Positions 1 to 10,024 of a DNA stretch of 32,000 nt are shown piece after piece. This DNA comes from Paramicrosporidium saccamoebae KSL3 (Eukaryota; Fungi; Cryptomycota). Every line of letters starts with the position of its first letter. Position 1 is the stretch's first letter. The DNA lies in contig MTSL01000065.1 in NCBI GenBank assembly GCA_002794465.1, positions 80,450 to 112,449 of the forward strand. The letters run 5' to 3'. The position numbers and the translations under genes were made by a program. The notes beneath the pieces are model-generated. The model ran no database searches and was not told the DNA's origin. It worked only from the letters and a program-made list of their open reading frames with translations.

Positions 1-971
1 ATGAGGGAGAAGGAGAGAGCCTTCATTAAGAGAAACTCGACCTCTTCGAGGGGCACGCGGGTGGCCTGAGAGACGGTACGGAAAGGAAGGACTCGACTAC
101 TCTTTAGCTGACAAAATACAACCTCCACCAATGACATGAGACATAATTTCTGACGCAGCATCTCAATGTGGGGGGCCAGTGCTTCGTGTGTGGAGATTGC
201 CGGTAGAAGCTTGTCAAAGGCCTCGTGGTCTCCAGCGTTAAATGCCAAAAGTGCTTCGTGCAAATAACTTACCGAAGTTGCTCGTAGAACGGCGAGGATG
301 GGATGACACAACAACTCGCCAAAGTTGTAAATCTTTTCACCCAGGAGCGCAGCAAGACACAGGTCATGAGCACGCTGCTGCGCCTCTGCCAATTCCATCT
401 CTTCAATTTTGACGCATGTCAAGTAGAGCAGCATATTCTTATAGAAACTGGCATAGTTTAAAGTAACCTTGTCGTATTCTGCAGAGACACGGTAATATGC
501 GGCAGCAATGGAGGGATCCACCCCCACAAAAGATTCCACCGCACCAGCACACGACTCGATGGCAGCCTTTGTGGCAGCCACATCGGAACGCTTCAGACTA
601 TATTGTGCCAGCTCCATTGATGACAATACCAGCAAAACAGGCCCTTCCGGCTTTGGGAGCAGCTTGACCTCGGCCACAATACTTTCCATCAGTGCCATGC
701 CCTCCGCGTCGGGCATCTGACGGGACGCATCCACAGAGAGCTTGACAAAGACAAGAGAGTTCATCTTCTTGTGCCAACCGCCGACAAACTGGGTAAAGAC
801 GGCCGGAAGAAGAGGCTTGGCTGTCGGCTCTGCGAAAAATGCCTGAACCCGTAAAGTCAATTGGTGCCACAGCTTCTGCTCATAGAGAGTATGGAACTCT
901 TCAAAGTACTTTTGGAGAGGTGCGGGCGCAGAGGAGGCCAGACGTTGAAGAACAGCAGCCGCGTCGCTCAT
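1..971 (-). CDS. RPN9: 26S proteasome lid subunit Rpn9/PSMD13 (3' end runs off the window)
   Basis: ATG at 971, uninterrupted frame to base 1 (missing from the ORF track because there is no stop in the window). Translation MSDAAAVLQ...LYEQKLWHQLT...LAALLGEKIYNFGELLCHPIL...LRQKLCLMSLVEVVF...VPLEEVEFLLMKALS matches Rpn9/PSMD13 PCI-family motifs as I recall them. Confidence 0.9.
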   Translation of the reverse strand, partial: MSDAAAVLQRLASSAPAPLQKYFEEFHTLYEQKLWHQLTLRVQAFFAEPTAKPLLPAVFTQFVGGWHKKMNSLVFVKLSVDASRQMPDAEGMALMESIVAEVKLLPKPEGPVLLVLSSMELAQYSLKRSDVAATKAAIESCAGAVESFVGVDPSIAAAYYRVSAEYDKVTLNYASFYKNMLLYLTCVKIEEMELAEAQQRAHDLCLAALLGEKIYNFGELLCHPILAVLRATSVSYLHEALLAFNAGDHEAFDKLLPAISTHEALAPHIEMLRQKLCLMSLVEVVFCQLKSSRVLPFRTVSQATRVPLEEVEFLLMKALSFSL

Positions 972-1001
972 TAAAGATGAAAAGATAATATTTTCTTATG
1001 A

Positions 1002-2100
1002 TTAGGAGCCAAGTGTATAGTAGGACACCTTTTCGCAGAGCTTTTGATACGATTTTGCAGTCTCCACAAATGGGCGCAATAGTCTCCAGTGACTGAGAGT
1101 TCCAGCTACGGAATCAATATACTTTTTGCTGGCAGTGGAATAGAGTGGCTCCCTTAGCAGATACAATAGCAATTTGATCATCCGAATTTGCTTCTCATTC
1201 TTCTCGATGGGCGAATCTTTCGTTTCAACTTGCTTTCCCATAACCAAAGTCTTTAGCTGCGGCCATTCAGAGAACAGATCCATGGCAAGAGAAATGGACC
1301 AAGCCGACCAGCGCGTCTTCTCTCTCCCTGCCGTGAGGAGAATTGTATAGATCAGCGGTCTAAGGATGTGTGTCATCTCCCTAGCTCTTCCCAGCCAGTC
1401 ACCGACCGGCGAAACAGACAGCTCGGGCACCAAAGTGTAGGCATCCATCCGGTGTTTCCTCAAAAACGTCCAAACTCCTTCATTCTCCTTGCCCTCCCCC
1501 GAACATTTAATGTCCGAAACCAGCTCATCATAGGAATCCTGCTTTCCTCGATACTCACCCGCCATGACGTCTGGAAGATGGTTTCTCAAAACAGGTCGCC
1601 AGCCGCTCTTTACAAACAGATACAGTCGTGACGCTGCCTTGATCACTTCCAAAATCACGACATAACGAATTCGGCTGGACAAGCCGAGCAGTCGGGAGAC
1701 TAGCATTTCAAGGGGCACCTCGACTGTCCATGCAATATTTAGCAGTGTGAGGAGCGTGTCCAGGAGCTTGGATTTCCGACGAAGGTACAGGACGTAGGCA
1801 TTCCATGCGCCGCGGGCAACGCCCTCGCCACTCACCTTGCCGCTGCGGACAATTGCGCTCTCATTAACGAGACGAAGAAGATTTAGGGATGAGTACACTA
1901 TCGGCAATTAGATATCGTGGCGAGGGCGCATACAAACTTCAGCCGCAAACTCAGAGTCAGCAAACCGGCCTACGCTATAAGAATCAACTTGTGCTCCTAC
2001 CAGGAATGACATAGGATATTGAGCGCAGAACATTTTCAACTGCAGCAATTCGAGCCGCATTGTCACTCATAAATCTCTGGTAAGCATCGTGCGCGCCCAT
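1002..2100 (-). CDS. PEX16: Peroxisomal membrane biogenesis protein Pex16 (2 introns: 1970-2000, 1898-1933)
   Basis: Spliced N-terminus MGAHDAYQRFMSDNAARIAAVENVLRSISYVIPGRFADSEFAAEVLYSSLNLL, plus EVPLEM, EVIKAASRLYL, REMTHILRPLIY and WSAWSISLAMD, E..IR..KLLLYLLREP motifs typical of Pex16. The 343-aa model closes in frame. Confidence 0.88.
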
Positions 2101-2145
2101 TATGCGCGGAGGCTAAATTCGATTCCACTTTAAGAATTAAATTTA

Positions 2146-3498
2146 TTAAAATGAGTGGTTGGCAAGTTGGTCGAGTGGAATTTGGTGCAGTGTTCCGTCT
2201 CGCATCCGTTCGTGTTCCTCAGATGTGGGGGTGACTATTCTCACCTCTGTCATGCCAGAACTCTGTGCATCTTGTGATCTTGCTCGACCCCATCCACAGA
2301 CTGCACAGCAGCAGTATTTTTTGAAAAAGCCCTTGGTTTTCATCCAGAGCGTTGTACGGGCAGTCTGTGGATCGACCGGGTCGGTAGGGACTATGAAGAA
2401 ATCACGAACATCTTCCTTGCACATGGGGCAGTCGGGGGATCGATTTTGTAGCCACGGTCTAATACACGACATGTGGTAGAAATGACCACAGGGGAGTTCG
2501 TTGAGCACTTCGCCTTGGACAAACTCATCCAGACAAATCGGACAAGTCTCGTTCGGTGGTGCATGCGCATGGATCAGTGCATCTTCGACTTCTACAGCAG
2601 CACAAACTTTTTCGTCGGGAGAATGGGTCGGTTGGCTTACACCGGCAATGTCAGAGGCCATCTTGTGGTACTTTCTTACAGGCAGCTTTTCTAAAAATGC
2701 TTCATCAATGACAATGGCATTCCGTGCCTCTTCATTCCTCCTAGCCCCCAACTGCTGCTGCAGTCGGTAAATGTGAAAGTGCATGTAGACGGAGGCAGCA
2801 AAGGCTACTCCCAGCAATGCCATCACAAATAAAAGGGTGAATTGGAGGATGCTTTGGATCGGTCCATCAAAGGCAATGTATTGTAATGTAACCTTGACCC
2901 ACAGAGGATCGTTAGGTTTCCTCAAGTCACCACTTCTCATTTGATTGACCTGTTGAAGCAACTCATGCCCAAGTTTATAATCAACAAGAAATCCAGGAAT
3001 TGACGTCATCTCAAAAGTGGATATTTCAATATCGTTGGATAGGCTATCTCCGTCTGGAAGGTCAAACATTAGCATGCCGATAACATTGGGAACATTGTCC
3101 ACAAAGTCAAATTTTTCCTCAAAGGAGCAATTTCCACGTGCCACCAAAGCAACTACATGTGGATAGGGGCCAACATTAGCAAACTGAACCTTCCCACCAA
3201 CTATCCGAGTGTAGTTGGACAGCTGCAGTGGACTACAAGCATCCAACGGACTGAACGGCACAAGTTCGCCCCAAATACCTTCGGCGGGTGGGTTCGGTGC
3301 ATTATACGAAAACATTGTAGAATTCCGCTTGGTGAGGAGAAAGGAGCGTCCAGAACTGGTAACATTGTGCATGAAATCCACTCTCACTGTTCCACCCGGA
3401 GGCAAAGACGGGTCGGCAGCAGTGGCAGCAGCTGTAATCCCGAACACAGAAAGCAAAACGGTAGTCACTGCAAGACGCTTTGCCTTGATAATGTTCAT
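2146..3498 (-). CDS. PA-domain, single-TM, RING-H2 E3 ubiquitin ligase (RNF13/RNF167/RMR-like)
   Basis: Signal-peptide-like start at ATG 3498 (the ORF extends to ATG 3585), PA motif VALVARGNCSFEEK, hydrophobic TM segment, RING-H2 CPICLDEF...LPCGHFYHMSCIRPWL...CPMCK. No introns. Confidence 0.85.
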   Translation of the reverse strand: MNIIKAKRLAVTTVLLSVFGITAAATAADPSLPPGGTVRVDFMHNVTSSGRSFLLTKRNSTMFSYNAPNPPAEGIWGELVPFSPLDACSPLQLSNYTRIVGGKVQFANVGPYPHVVALVARGNCSFEEKFDFVDNVPNVIGMLMFDLPDGDSLSNDIEISTFEMTSIPGFLVDYKLGHELLQQVNQMRSGDLRKPNDPLWVKVTLQYIAFDGPIQSILQFTLLFVMALLGVAFAASVYMHFHIYRLQQQLGARRNEEARNAIVIDEAFLEKLPVRKYHKMASDIAGVSQPTHSPDEKVCAAVEVEDALIHAHAPPNETCPICLDEFVQGEVLNELPCGHFYHMSCIRPWLQNRSPDCPMCKEDVRDFFIVPTDPVDPQTARTTLWMKTKGFFKKYCCCAVCGWGRARSQDAQSSGMTEVRIVTPTSEEHERMRDGTLHQIPLDQLANHSF

Positions 3499-3669
3499 GC
3501 GCGTCCTTACCGAATCAATGCGTCGAGGGGGTGAACATATTGAGAGTGATACTATCCACATTAGGAAGGTTCCGAGTCTATCCAATTTAGGCCTGATGCA
3601 AATGGGCTAATCAGCGTGCTGAATGCTGAATGGTTGTTTTGAGAGATTTGGGGAGGGAGGTGAGAAGGT

Positions 3670-3993
3670 TGAGGGCTTTGAGAGATTCAAGAGGTTTGGG
3701 AGATTTGAGGGATTTGAGGGATTCGAGGGATTTGAGAGGTTTGAGGGATTTGAGAGGTTTAAGAGATCCAAAAGACCTACCAGATTCAAATGTCCCACCA
3801 GATTGAAGGGACCCACCAGATTCAAGAAACCCACCGGGTTCGAGAGATCCACCAGATTCAAGAGACTCATCGGGTTCGAGAGATCCATTAGGTTCAATAA
3901 ACCCACTGGACTCGATAGACCTACCAAAGTTTAGTGATCCACCAGAGTTGAGTGATCCATCGAGTTTGATAGATTCACGGTATTTGAGAGATA
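3670..3993. repeat. Degenerate 18-bp (2x9-bp) tandem array, about 18 units, overlapping the MPV17 3' end
   Basis: Minus-strand units such as gatctctcgaacccggtg, ggtttcttgaatctggtg and aacctctcaaatccctca, all in register with no indels. Confidence 0.85.
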
Positions 3994-4617
3994 TGCACAC
4001 CAGCCCAGTGCAATAAAATTTACAAATAATACACGATAGTTGAGCGGAATCATGTAAAAATTAACACATTGCACCAAAGGCCATATCATATAATTTGAGG
4101 CGAGGGCAGGCAAGTAACTCTAAAAATATGACGTACAAAATAACAAAATCCACTTGTCGCAACTTTTGCTCTAAGCCTCGCCGGCCCGTCCCTTCACATG
4201 CTCCATTATATAGAAAATAAATCCCCAGGAAAACGGGAGCAAAAATGCCCTGATCGAGTAACACTCGTTTGGTAGTCTCTACAAAATGATTTTTGCATGA
4301 TTCGGATACGTATTAGTGGACTAGTGTGGAATACGCGAGTATCTAGCAAACGAAACCATAAGCAACTGGCCGGTCCCTAACCGCTTAGCATCACTGTAAA
4401 AATTTACAATTATGCAGAGACCATACAGTGTCTGCTGGACAGTTCGACGGATATCATGACGGCACCAGCTTTTTTTCTCTATCCCTTGCTGGGCAATAAT
4501 ATCACCAAGACAGGAGAGAATCCCTTAAAATTGGACTCTAGTAATAAGGTTACCTGCAGAAATAATGGGGACACGAACGGGGTTTCGATTCAATAGCCGC
4601 TGGAACCCTTCAATCAT
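3931..4617 (-). CDS. MPV17: Mpv17/PMP22 family membrane protein (Sym1-like), 4 introns
   Basis: Spliced protein ...AGILSCLGDIIAQQ...DIRRT...KRVLLDQGIFAPVFL...NYMIWPLVQCVNFYMIPLNYRVLFVNFIALGWCAYLS has the family hallmarks. Introns are 30, 31, 31 and 34 nt. An in-frame alternative ATG lies at 4638. Orthology within the family is not resolved. Confidence 0.85.
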
Positions 4618-4716
4618 AATTTTTACCAGGGCTAACATTCGCCTTTGATCTGTAATGACGTCTATAATCATTTTACAGACAACAGGTGCCATTTATAATA
4701 CGAAAGCTTCACTAAG

Positions 4717-6030
4717 ATGGATTTTGCGCGATATCAACGCTGCCGCCCCGGGGCTACCCCGGAAAACGCGTTTCCCAAGTTTTTCTTTTCCATGGAGGCT
4801 ACTACATATCAAGGTCCGCCGAGTATTAGGCTTCGCGTACGAATCTACGGACTCTCTGAAGGCGTCGTCACTAAGCGTTTGGCTCTTGTTGGCGGAGCTT
4901 GTCGCTCGTCCTATGAAAGATGGCAGCCGTTGGAACTACCCTTTGCAGAGCATCTTAGGAAACGAGCCTACGCGAGAACGGACGACGAGGACGGTTTTTC
5001 TCATCAGTTTTTGTGTATTGCCTCACTAGACATGACACTCCGAGACGTCAGAGAACTAGTGCGAAAGCAGTTTTGTAAGCTGTATCCAGGGGAAGGCTTG
5101 ATAAGGGTACTGCGACTGAGAGATGAATTTGACTGCGACTTGGATGATGATTTTTTGGTGGGACAGCTTTATTCCAGCGAAGCTGTCCTCTTGGCCGTTT
5201 GCCAATGTGCATCTCACGAGGAGAGTCATGATTCTGGACGCACTTTCTTTACTCCCATAAGTCACACCGAAGATGTTGCCAGTGTGCTTGATCCTTCAGG
5301 TAAAGCATCCATATCAAAGCCTACCGGAAAGGACTTGGCCAAAAAAGTGCCGGCTCTAAACCCCAATTTAAATTCAAGCTCTAACGCGAGTTCGGGTGTG
5401 GATTCAGATGTACCTGCCATATCTCCAAAGCCGCGCGCATCAAGAAAAAAAGCGCCCGCTAAAATGTCCGCTGCTGTAGAACAAATTACTCAGACCGCCA
5501 AACCTGCAAAAGTTACAGAGACAGTTGTTCAATCTCCTAGGAAAAAGTCTGAATCGGCGAAGATGGCGCCCTCTGCAGCTACTATTGAATTCTCGGAGCC
5601 TCAGGTGATTGAACAAAGTACAGAAAACATTCATTCACCGCGTCCTATCCACATTTCCCCGGTTATCTCTCTGCCAAAGGACGTTACTGAATTTGCCGCA
5701 ATCATCCAGGCAGAGTCCTCGTCGGATGAATCCAGTGACGGCGAGCCTCTGATACCCATAGTCAGAAGCGAATCTATGAGTCAGAACGCCAACGAAGTAT
5801 CAAAGGCCGCTCTATCTTCTGACGACACTGAAGACGAGCAAGAGTCATTAGCGTTCACACAGCCACGCACGTCACTCACGGAACTGACACAGGAACTGAA
5901 ACGAAGCAGCGTAGATCCGGTCGCTCCTCAGTCTATTAGGACAAAGGCTTTGCTAGAGATTCAGGGAGACGCTGACGGCAATAAGGGGAATAGAAAACGA
6001 AGGCACCATTCGAAAAAGAGCGTACCTTAA
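4717..6030 (+). CDS. Ser/acidic low-complexity protein with an N-terminal Cdc14-binding-like (Net1/Tof2/Dnt1, PF10407-like) domain
   Basis: FLCIASLDMTLRDVRELVRKQFCKLYPGEGLIRVLRLRDEFDCDLDDDFLVGQLY resembles the Net1/Dnt1 N-terminal domain pattern (F.KLYP...L.D...CDLD.D..V). The rest is S/E/D/K-rich and ends in a basic NLS-like tail (RKRRHHSKK). The start may be ATG 4792, and a further 3' exon is possible. Confidence 0.55.
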   Translation: MDFARYQRCRPGATPENAFPKFFFSMEATTYQGPPSIRLRVRIYGLSEGVVTKRLALVGGACRSSYERWQPLELPFAEHLRKRAYARTDDEDGFSHQFLCIASLDMTLRDVRELVRKQFCKLYPGEGLIRVLRLRDEFDCDLDDDFLVGQLYSSEAVLLAVCQCASHEESHDSGRTFFTPISHTEDVASVLDPSGKASISKPTGKDLAKKVPALNPNLNSSSNASSGVDSDVPAISPKPRASRKKAPAKMSAAVEQITQTAKPAKVTETVVQSPRKKSESAKMAPSAATIEFSEPQVIEQSTENIHSPRPIHISPVISLPKDVTEFAAIIQAESSSDESSDGEPLIPIVRSESMSQNANEVSKAALSSDDTEDEQESLAFTQPRTSLTELTQELKRSSVDPVAPQSIRTKALLEIQGDADGNKGNRKRRHHSKKSVP

Positions 6031-6396
6031 TAAAGGACTACACCATTGTCTTGACGTGTTAAGATGAGTAGACCAAAACAGACGGCGATCCTAATTCAGA
6101 TAGTGGTTCTAGTTCAGATATAGTAGCACCACTAGTCAGGTCTGTCACGTTGTAAAGTAGGGAAACGATCAGCTGAGTGCTGGTTATGTGGCCAAATGTG
6201 GAAGAATCAGAGGTGAAAAACAGAAAGACTAGCACTCCAATGTACCTAAGTTTTATCGTCTTTCTCGTTGTATGAAAATACACCCAACTCCCGCCGCCGC
6301 CGCACAACACGACAATATGCCAAGAAGAGCGCACCTAAATAAGGGATTACACGTCTTGATATGTATGAATGTATTAATCATCAGTAGCTAGCACAT

Positions 6397-6783
6397 TTAC
6401 TCGTCAATAGCTTCGGTTTGGAGACCTACAATATTAATATCAAAGCAGACACTTTTACCAGAGAAAGACGCAACGGGAACAAAGGAAGCAACAGTGTAGA
6501 GCTTCTGCTTGGCCTCCTCGTCGTCATTGCGCTTACGCGCAAAGCGGACACGGATGCGACGGGGTACATTCTTAATTCCGTGCGACCAGATAGCCTTGTT
6601 GAGCTTAGGGTCGACGCGGACGTCCGTGGTGCCCATCAGCTTGAAAGCAGCAGCCTTGATAGCCTTGATGGCCGAGGGAGCGCGCTTCTTGAACTGGCGG
6701 CCATGGACAAACTTGTGCAAATGAACAGTCGTTTCGCGGGTAATGACCTCAGCAACGGCAGTACGCTTTTCGGTTTTAACCAT
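6397..6783 (-). CDS. RPL31: 60S ribosomal protein L31 (eL31), one 33-nt in-frame intron at 6426-6458
   Basis: [32 protein letters not shown]...[44 protein letters not shown] is unmistakable eL31. Removing the intron restores ...[12 protein letters not shown]. Confidence 0.97.
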   Translation of the reverse strand: MVKTEKRTAVAEVITRETTVHLHKFVHGRQFKKRAPSAIKAIKAAAFKLMGTTDVRVDPKLNKAIWSHGIKNVPRRIRVRFARKRNDDEEAKQKLYTVASFVPVASFSGKSVCFDINIVGLQTEAIDE

Positions 6784-6923
6784 TGTCTAGGATGGATGGA
6801 TGAGAGGATAGGGGTGGGACGTCTTACTATAGAAGCCGTAGCCTACTGTCCGGGGCTGGCGGGAGCCGAGAGACACGTCCCGGTCTGCTGGCACTCAATA
6901 GTGCAATGTGTGTATTAGAATTA

Positions 6924-7530
6924 TTACATCTGGAGACCCGGTGACTTTTCTCGAACCGTTCGGAAATATGCTACGTACTGAGTGGTGCGACTGTTGCCTA
7001 CCTTCCTGATCGGCCCATAAAGTGGCCGCGTGTGAATTCAGTGGACTGTCAATATTTGGCTCTTGCGATGAGAAATATGTGCATTAGTGATACCTCCGAG
7101 AAGGCTCTGCAGAGATAACATGATCGTCTGGACGTTGTAGACGGCGGACCACTTTTCCTACAGAGTCAGACCAGATGACGCTGCAACTTTTAGGATATCA
7201 AGACAGATTGTCCCATGCTGGTCTACGTTGGGATGGAATATGGGTGTATCAAAGGCCACTGTAGGCGGGGAATAGGGGTAGTCATTTGGGAACTTCATTT
7301 GGATTCGATATACGCGACCCTCGTAGGCGGTGCCGTGGGGACCGTGAATTGTGCCAGCCCAGTGGAACAAGTTGTCACCGTCGGGAAAGGCCGAGATTCC
7401 ACTCACTTGGGCCATCTATCATAGGACTCTCATGCCATTTTGTGTACCATCAAGTTCATTAGCTCTTGCTGCAGTCTATGACTATAGAAGAGACGGATTT
7501 GAGGGGATACCTTTTAGTTACAGCTTCCAT
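6924..7530 (-). CDS. UBE2C: APC/C-type ubiquitin-conjugating enzyme UBE2C/UbcX (Ubc11-like), 5 introns
   Basis: Spliced: [39 protein letters not shown]...[54 protein letters not shown]. The active-site HPN...C is intact. Introns are 35, 32, 30, 32 and 31 nt. Confidence 0.92.
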
Positions 7531-7556
7531 ATCCCGCCGATTTTAACAAAAACAGT

Positions 7557-8548
7557 TTATTCGTTAGATTTCACGGCTTCCAGATCAAACTTGTCGGAAG
7601 TGTATCGTTCCTTGACTAGCTCTAGTAAATGTTCTCGGCGCGATTCCGTGGCAGCTGCTGCCATGATGGACTCATTTCCAGGCGTCAGACCGCCGAATAT
7701 AAAACCGCTCGCTTTATCAATCTCACTAAGCAGGGCTGCCATGCACTCTTTATCTTCGATCGCAAGTGGAAAGAATGAAACCAAGCCGAGCTCTTCAACC
7801 AGCTCGCATAGTGCAGAATTCAGTCTCTCATACCTTTTACTGTATTCAAGGCCAGCAAGCAAATACCGCAAATCTTGAACATTCAAGTAGTATTCCAGCC
7901 TGAGGGGAAGAGTCCCATACGACTCAATCAAGTCTATTTTGGAAAGGACATTTACTTGAGGACATTCCAGTTGCATCATGGACTTGACAGTGACCATTAA
8001 CATTGAGATGTACTTTGTCGGATCAGCACAGTACGCGGCATCTGCAAGATGTACCACAACAAGACGAAAGTTTCGTTTCAGCAAAACTTGAATGATATTT
8101 AAAAGAGACGGATGACAAGTGGACAGTTCCACTTGTCCAGGAAGGTCAAAAATATAATGACTGCCACTACCACTGTCACTGCTAGTGTTGGTGTTACAGG
8201 CTTCAAGACGCTCAAGAAGCCATTCCACGTTCCTCTCCACCTCTTCCATGCAGTATAAAAGGGCACCATTGGGACCAAGTCCCTGCTCAGACATGACCGT
8301 CTCCACCGTAGTCAGCTCGGAAATATTAACATCACACTGATACGGAATATTTTCATTTGCAGGATCAAGATTCACCAAGATGGGTTGTCTAGAAGCATGA
8401 GAGAGGGGAGGTGCGTGCACCGTTCGAGGGAGGAGAGAAACTGCTGCATTCCATGGCAATACGTAGACTTTCCAGAACCCGGTGGTCCGATAACAAGCTA
8501 TTCACAGATCACAGGGAAGGACATTATAACTACCTGTCCAAACGACAT
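7557..8548 (-). CDS. GPN2: GPN-loop GTPase 2, 2 introns
   Basis: [57 protein letters not shown] and NVLSKIDL motifs. The N-terminus and C-terminal IDKASGFIFG fit GPN2 better than GPN1 or GPN3. Confidence 0.88.
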
Positions 8549-8642
8549 GGAGCTCTACGATGGGTCGAATTAAGTCAAATAAGGTGAACAGGGTGTCCTT
8601 CCACCAATAAGGAAGAAGCGAAGATGTATTCCGCAAATTTGA

Positions 8643-8650
8643 CCAATCAG
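8643..8650 (+). promoter_or_regulatory. CCAAT box (NF-Y/HAP-like, GACCAATCAG) in the GPN2/ELL divergent intergenic region
   Basis: CCAATCAG here and at 10961-10968 and 27486-27493; CCAATCA at 31867-31873 and TGATTGG at 25261-25267. All lie shortly upstream of start codons. Motif match only. Confidence 0.4.
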
Positions 8651-8789
8651 CGCACGCTGTTAGAGGATTTAACCACCGGCTGTGACAGCGGCGGGTGTGT
8701 TGGTTGGCAGACAGGTGTTGGGTTCCCGTTAACCCACCCAAGACTTTTAGTAGACACCCATCCATCTACCACTAGTTCCTGGCTCTACT

Positions 8790-9883
8790 ATGGATATTCC
8801 ACGTGCTACCGTCTTGCCTGTGGTGTCTTCTGGCCGTCGAATTGTGTATGCCGTCCGGCTCGATGATGATTTGGTCGCTCGTCTCAAGCTCGCAGCCCAG
8901 CCAACATTGCAGCTGTCGTTGGACCCGTCCGAGCCCTTAGCTAACAATGTACAACGTCCCCGTAGCCTCTAACCTCTAGTTAATTGTCGACGGGTGCAAA
9001 ATGTCCTTAGCAAAGGTCACTGAGGCTCAGTATGTCGACATTTCCAAGTTAAGGAAAACATCTTCTGGCCCTGCGCTGGACATTCTTGGCTCCATCAAGA
9101 CCAAGTTCGTTGTGCGCCAAGAACTTGCGCAGTCAAAGATGGCTCAGATTCGCCAGCAGACTGAGGATGCAGAGAAGGCTCGCCTCTCTCGTAAAACTGT
9201 TACTATCGAAGAACAGCCCAAGTGTACAATATTCCCTTTTATGGAAATTAATGCCTCTAGTGACCAGGAAAAGACATGCTGGGCCAATGAGTAAGAGCCT
9301 GTCTCTTCCAAGAATGAGGCCAGGATCTTCGCCCGCAACGCGGACATCTGATCTGCCTGGCCGTATTGACCAGCCAGTGCACTTGTATGGTCATGGGGTT
9401 CAGCCAATTTCGACTTCCCAATCACAGTCCGATTCGCAACACAGCTGGTCTCCCTTATTAACTGAACATGCGGCAATCCCACCCGCCCCACTAGATTCAT
9501 TACTGGACCGGCCTAAAACGAGCGCGACAGCTGATAGGAAACCACTCACCGACAGATTATTATCTTCGAGGGTCACTGGTTCGAAGCAGAGTACAGTCTA
9601 TCAGTTGGAAGATGAGTTTGGAAAACGATACCGGGAGTATATCACTCTGAATCGCTGGATGGATAACCGCCTGGCCGTGTTTAATCAACTGCAAACTGAA
9701 TTAGTCACTGTGGCTGACAAATCCAAGGCGCAAGAGCAGGTGATATTCCGAGTGGTTGTAGAAGAGCAGCGACTGAAAGATGATCGCGAGTACCAGGAGA
9801 ATGCAGAGAAGCTTGAAGAATGCTGTGCTGCACTGATGATGATTAAAGCCCGCCTTGCCTCTGCCGTCAAGGCACACAAATAG
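8790..9883 (+). CDS. ELL-like RNA polymerase II elongation factor (C-terminal occludin/ELL domain), 2 introns
   Basis: C-terminus EDEFGKRYREYITLNRWMDNRLAVFNQLQTEL...KDDREYQENAEKLEECCAALMMIKARL follows the Occludin_ELL helical pattern. Introns of 31 and 37 nt join ORFs 8790, 9001 and 9086 into 341 aa. Confidence 0.65.
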
Positions 9884-10024
9884 CAGTTCCGTTTGGTCAT
9901 ATTGGCTTTGTCTTGCTTGCTCTTAAACATACTGTAAGTTTACGACCTTATACATACGATACATATGATCAAATGCCAATAGATGGCCTTTTCTAGTCTA
10001 CTGTGTGGTTTATTCTTATCGTTA

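Noticed and set aside
3607-4000. Three overlapping repeat-derived ORFs (3607..3927, 3611..4000, 3623..3934) as independent genes
   Set aside because: All are translations of the same low-complexity 9/18-bp array. Only the frame continuous with MPV17 is discussed, as a finding.
6059-6334. 91-aa minus-strand ORF downstream of RPL31
   Set aside because: GTG start directly after a stop, and no recognisable motif. The region may instead hold UTRs or an extra plus-strand exon of the 4717 gene (TKTDGDPNSDSGSSSDIVAPLVRS), which would need an atypical 50-nt intron; not supportable.
6418-6918. Long antisense ORFs over RPL31, GPN2, AASS, cyclin, the kinases and others
   Set aside because: They are shadows of well-supported genes on the opposite strand and show no family motifs.
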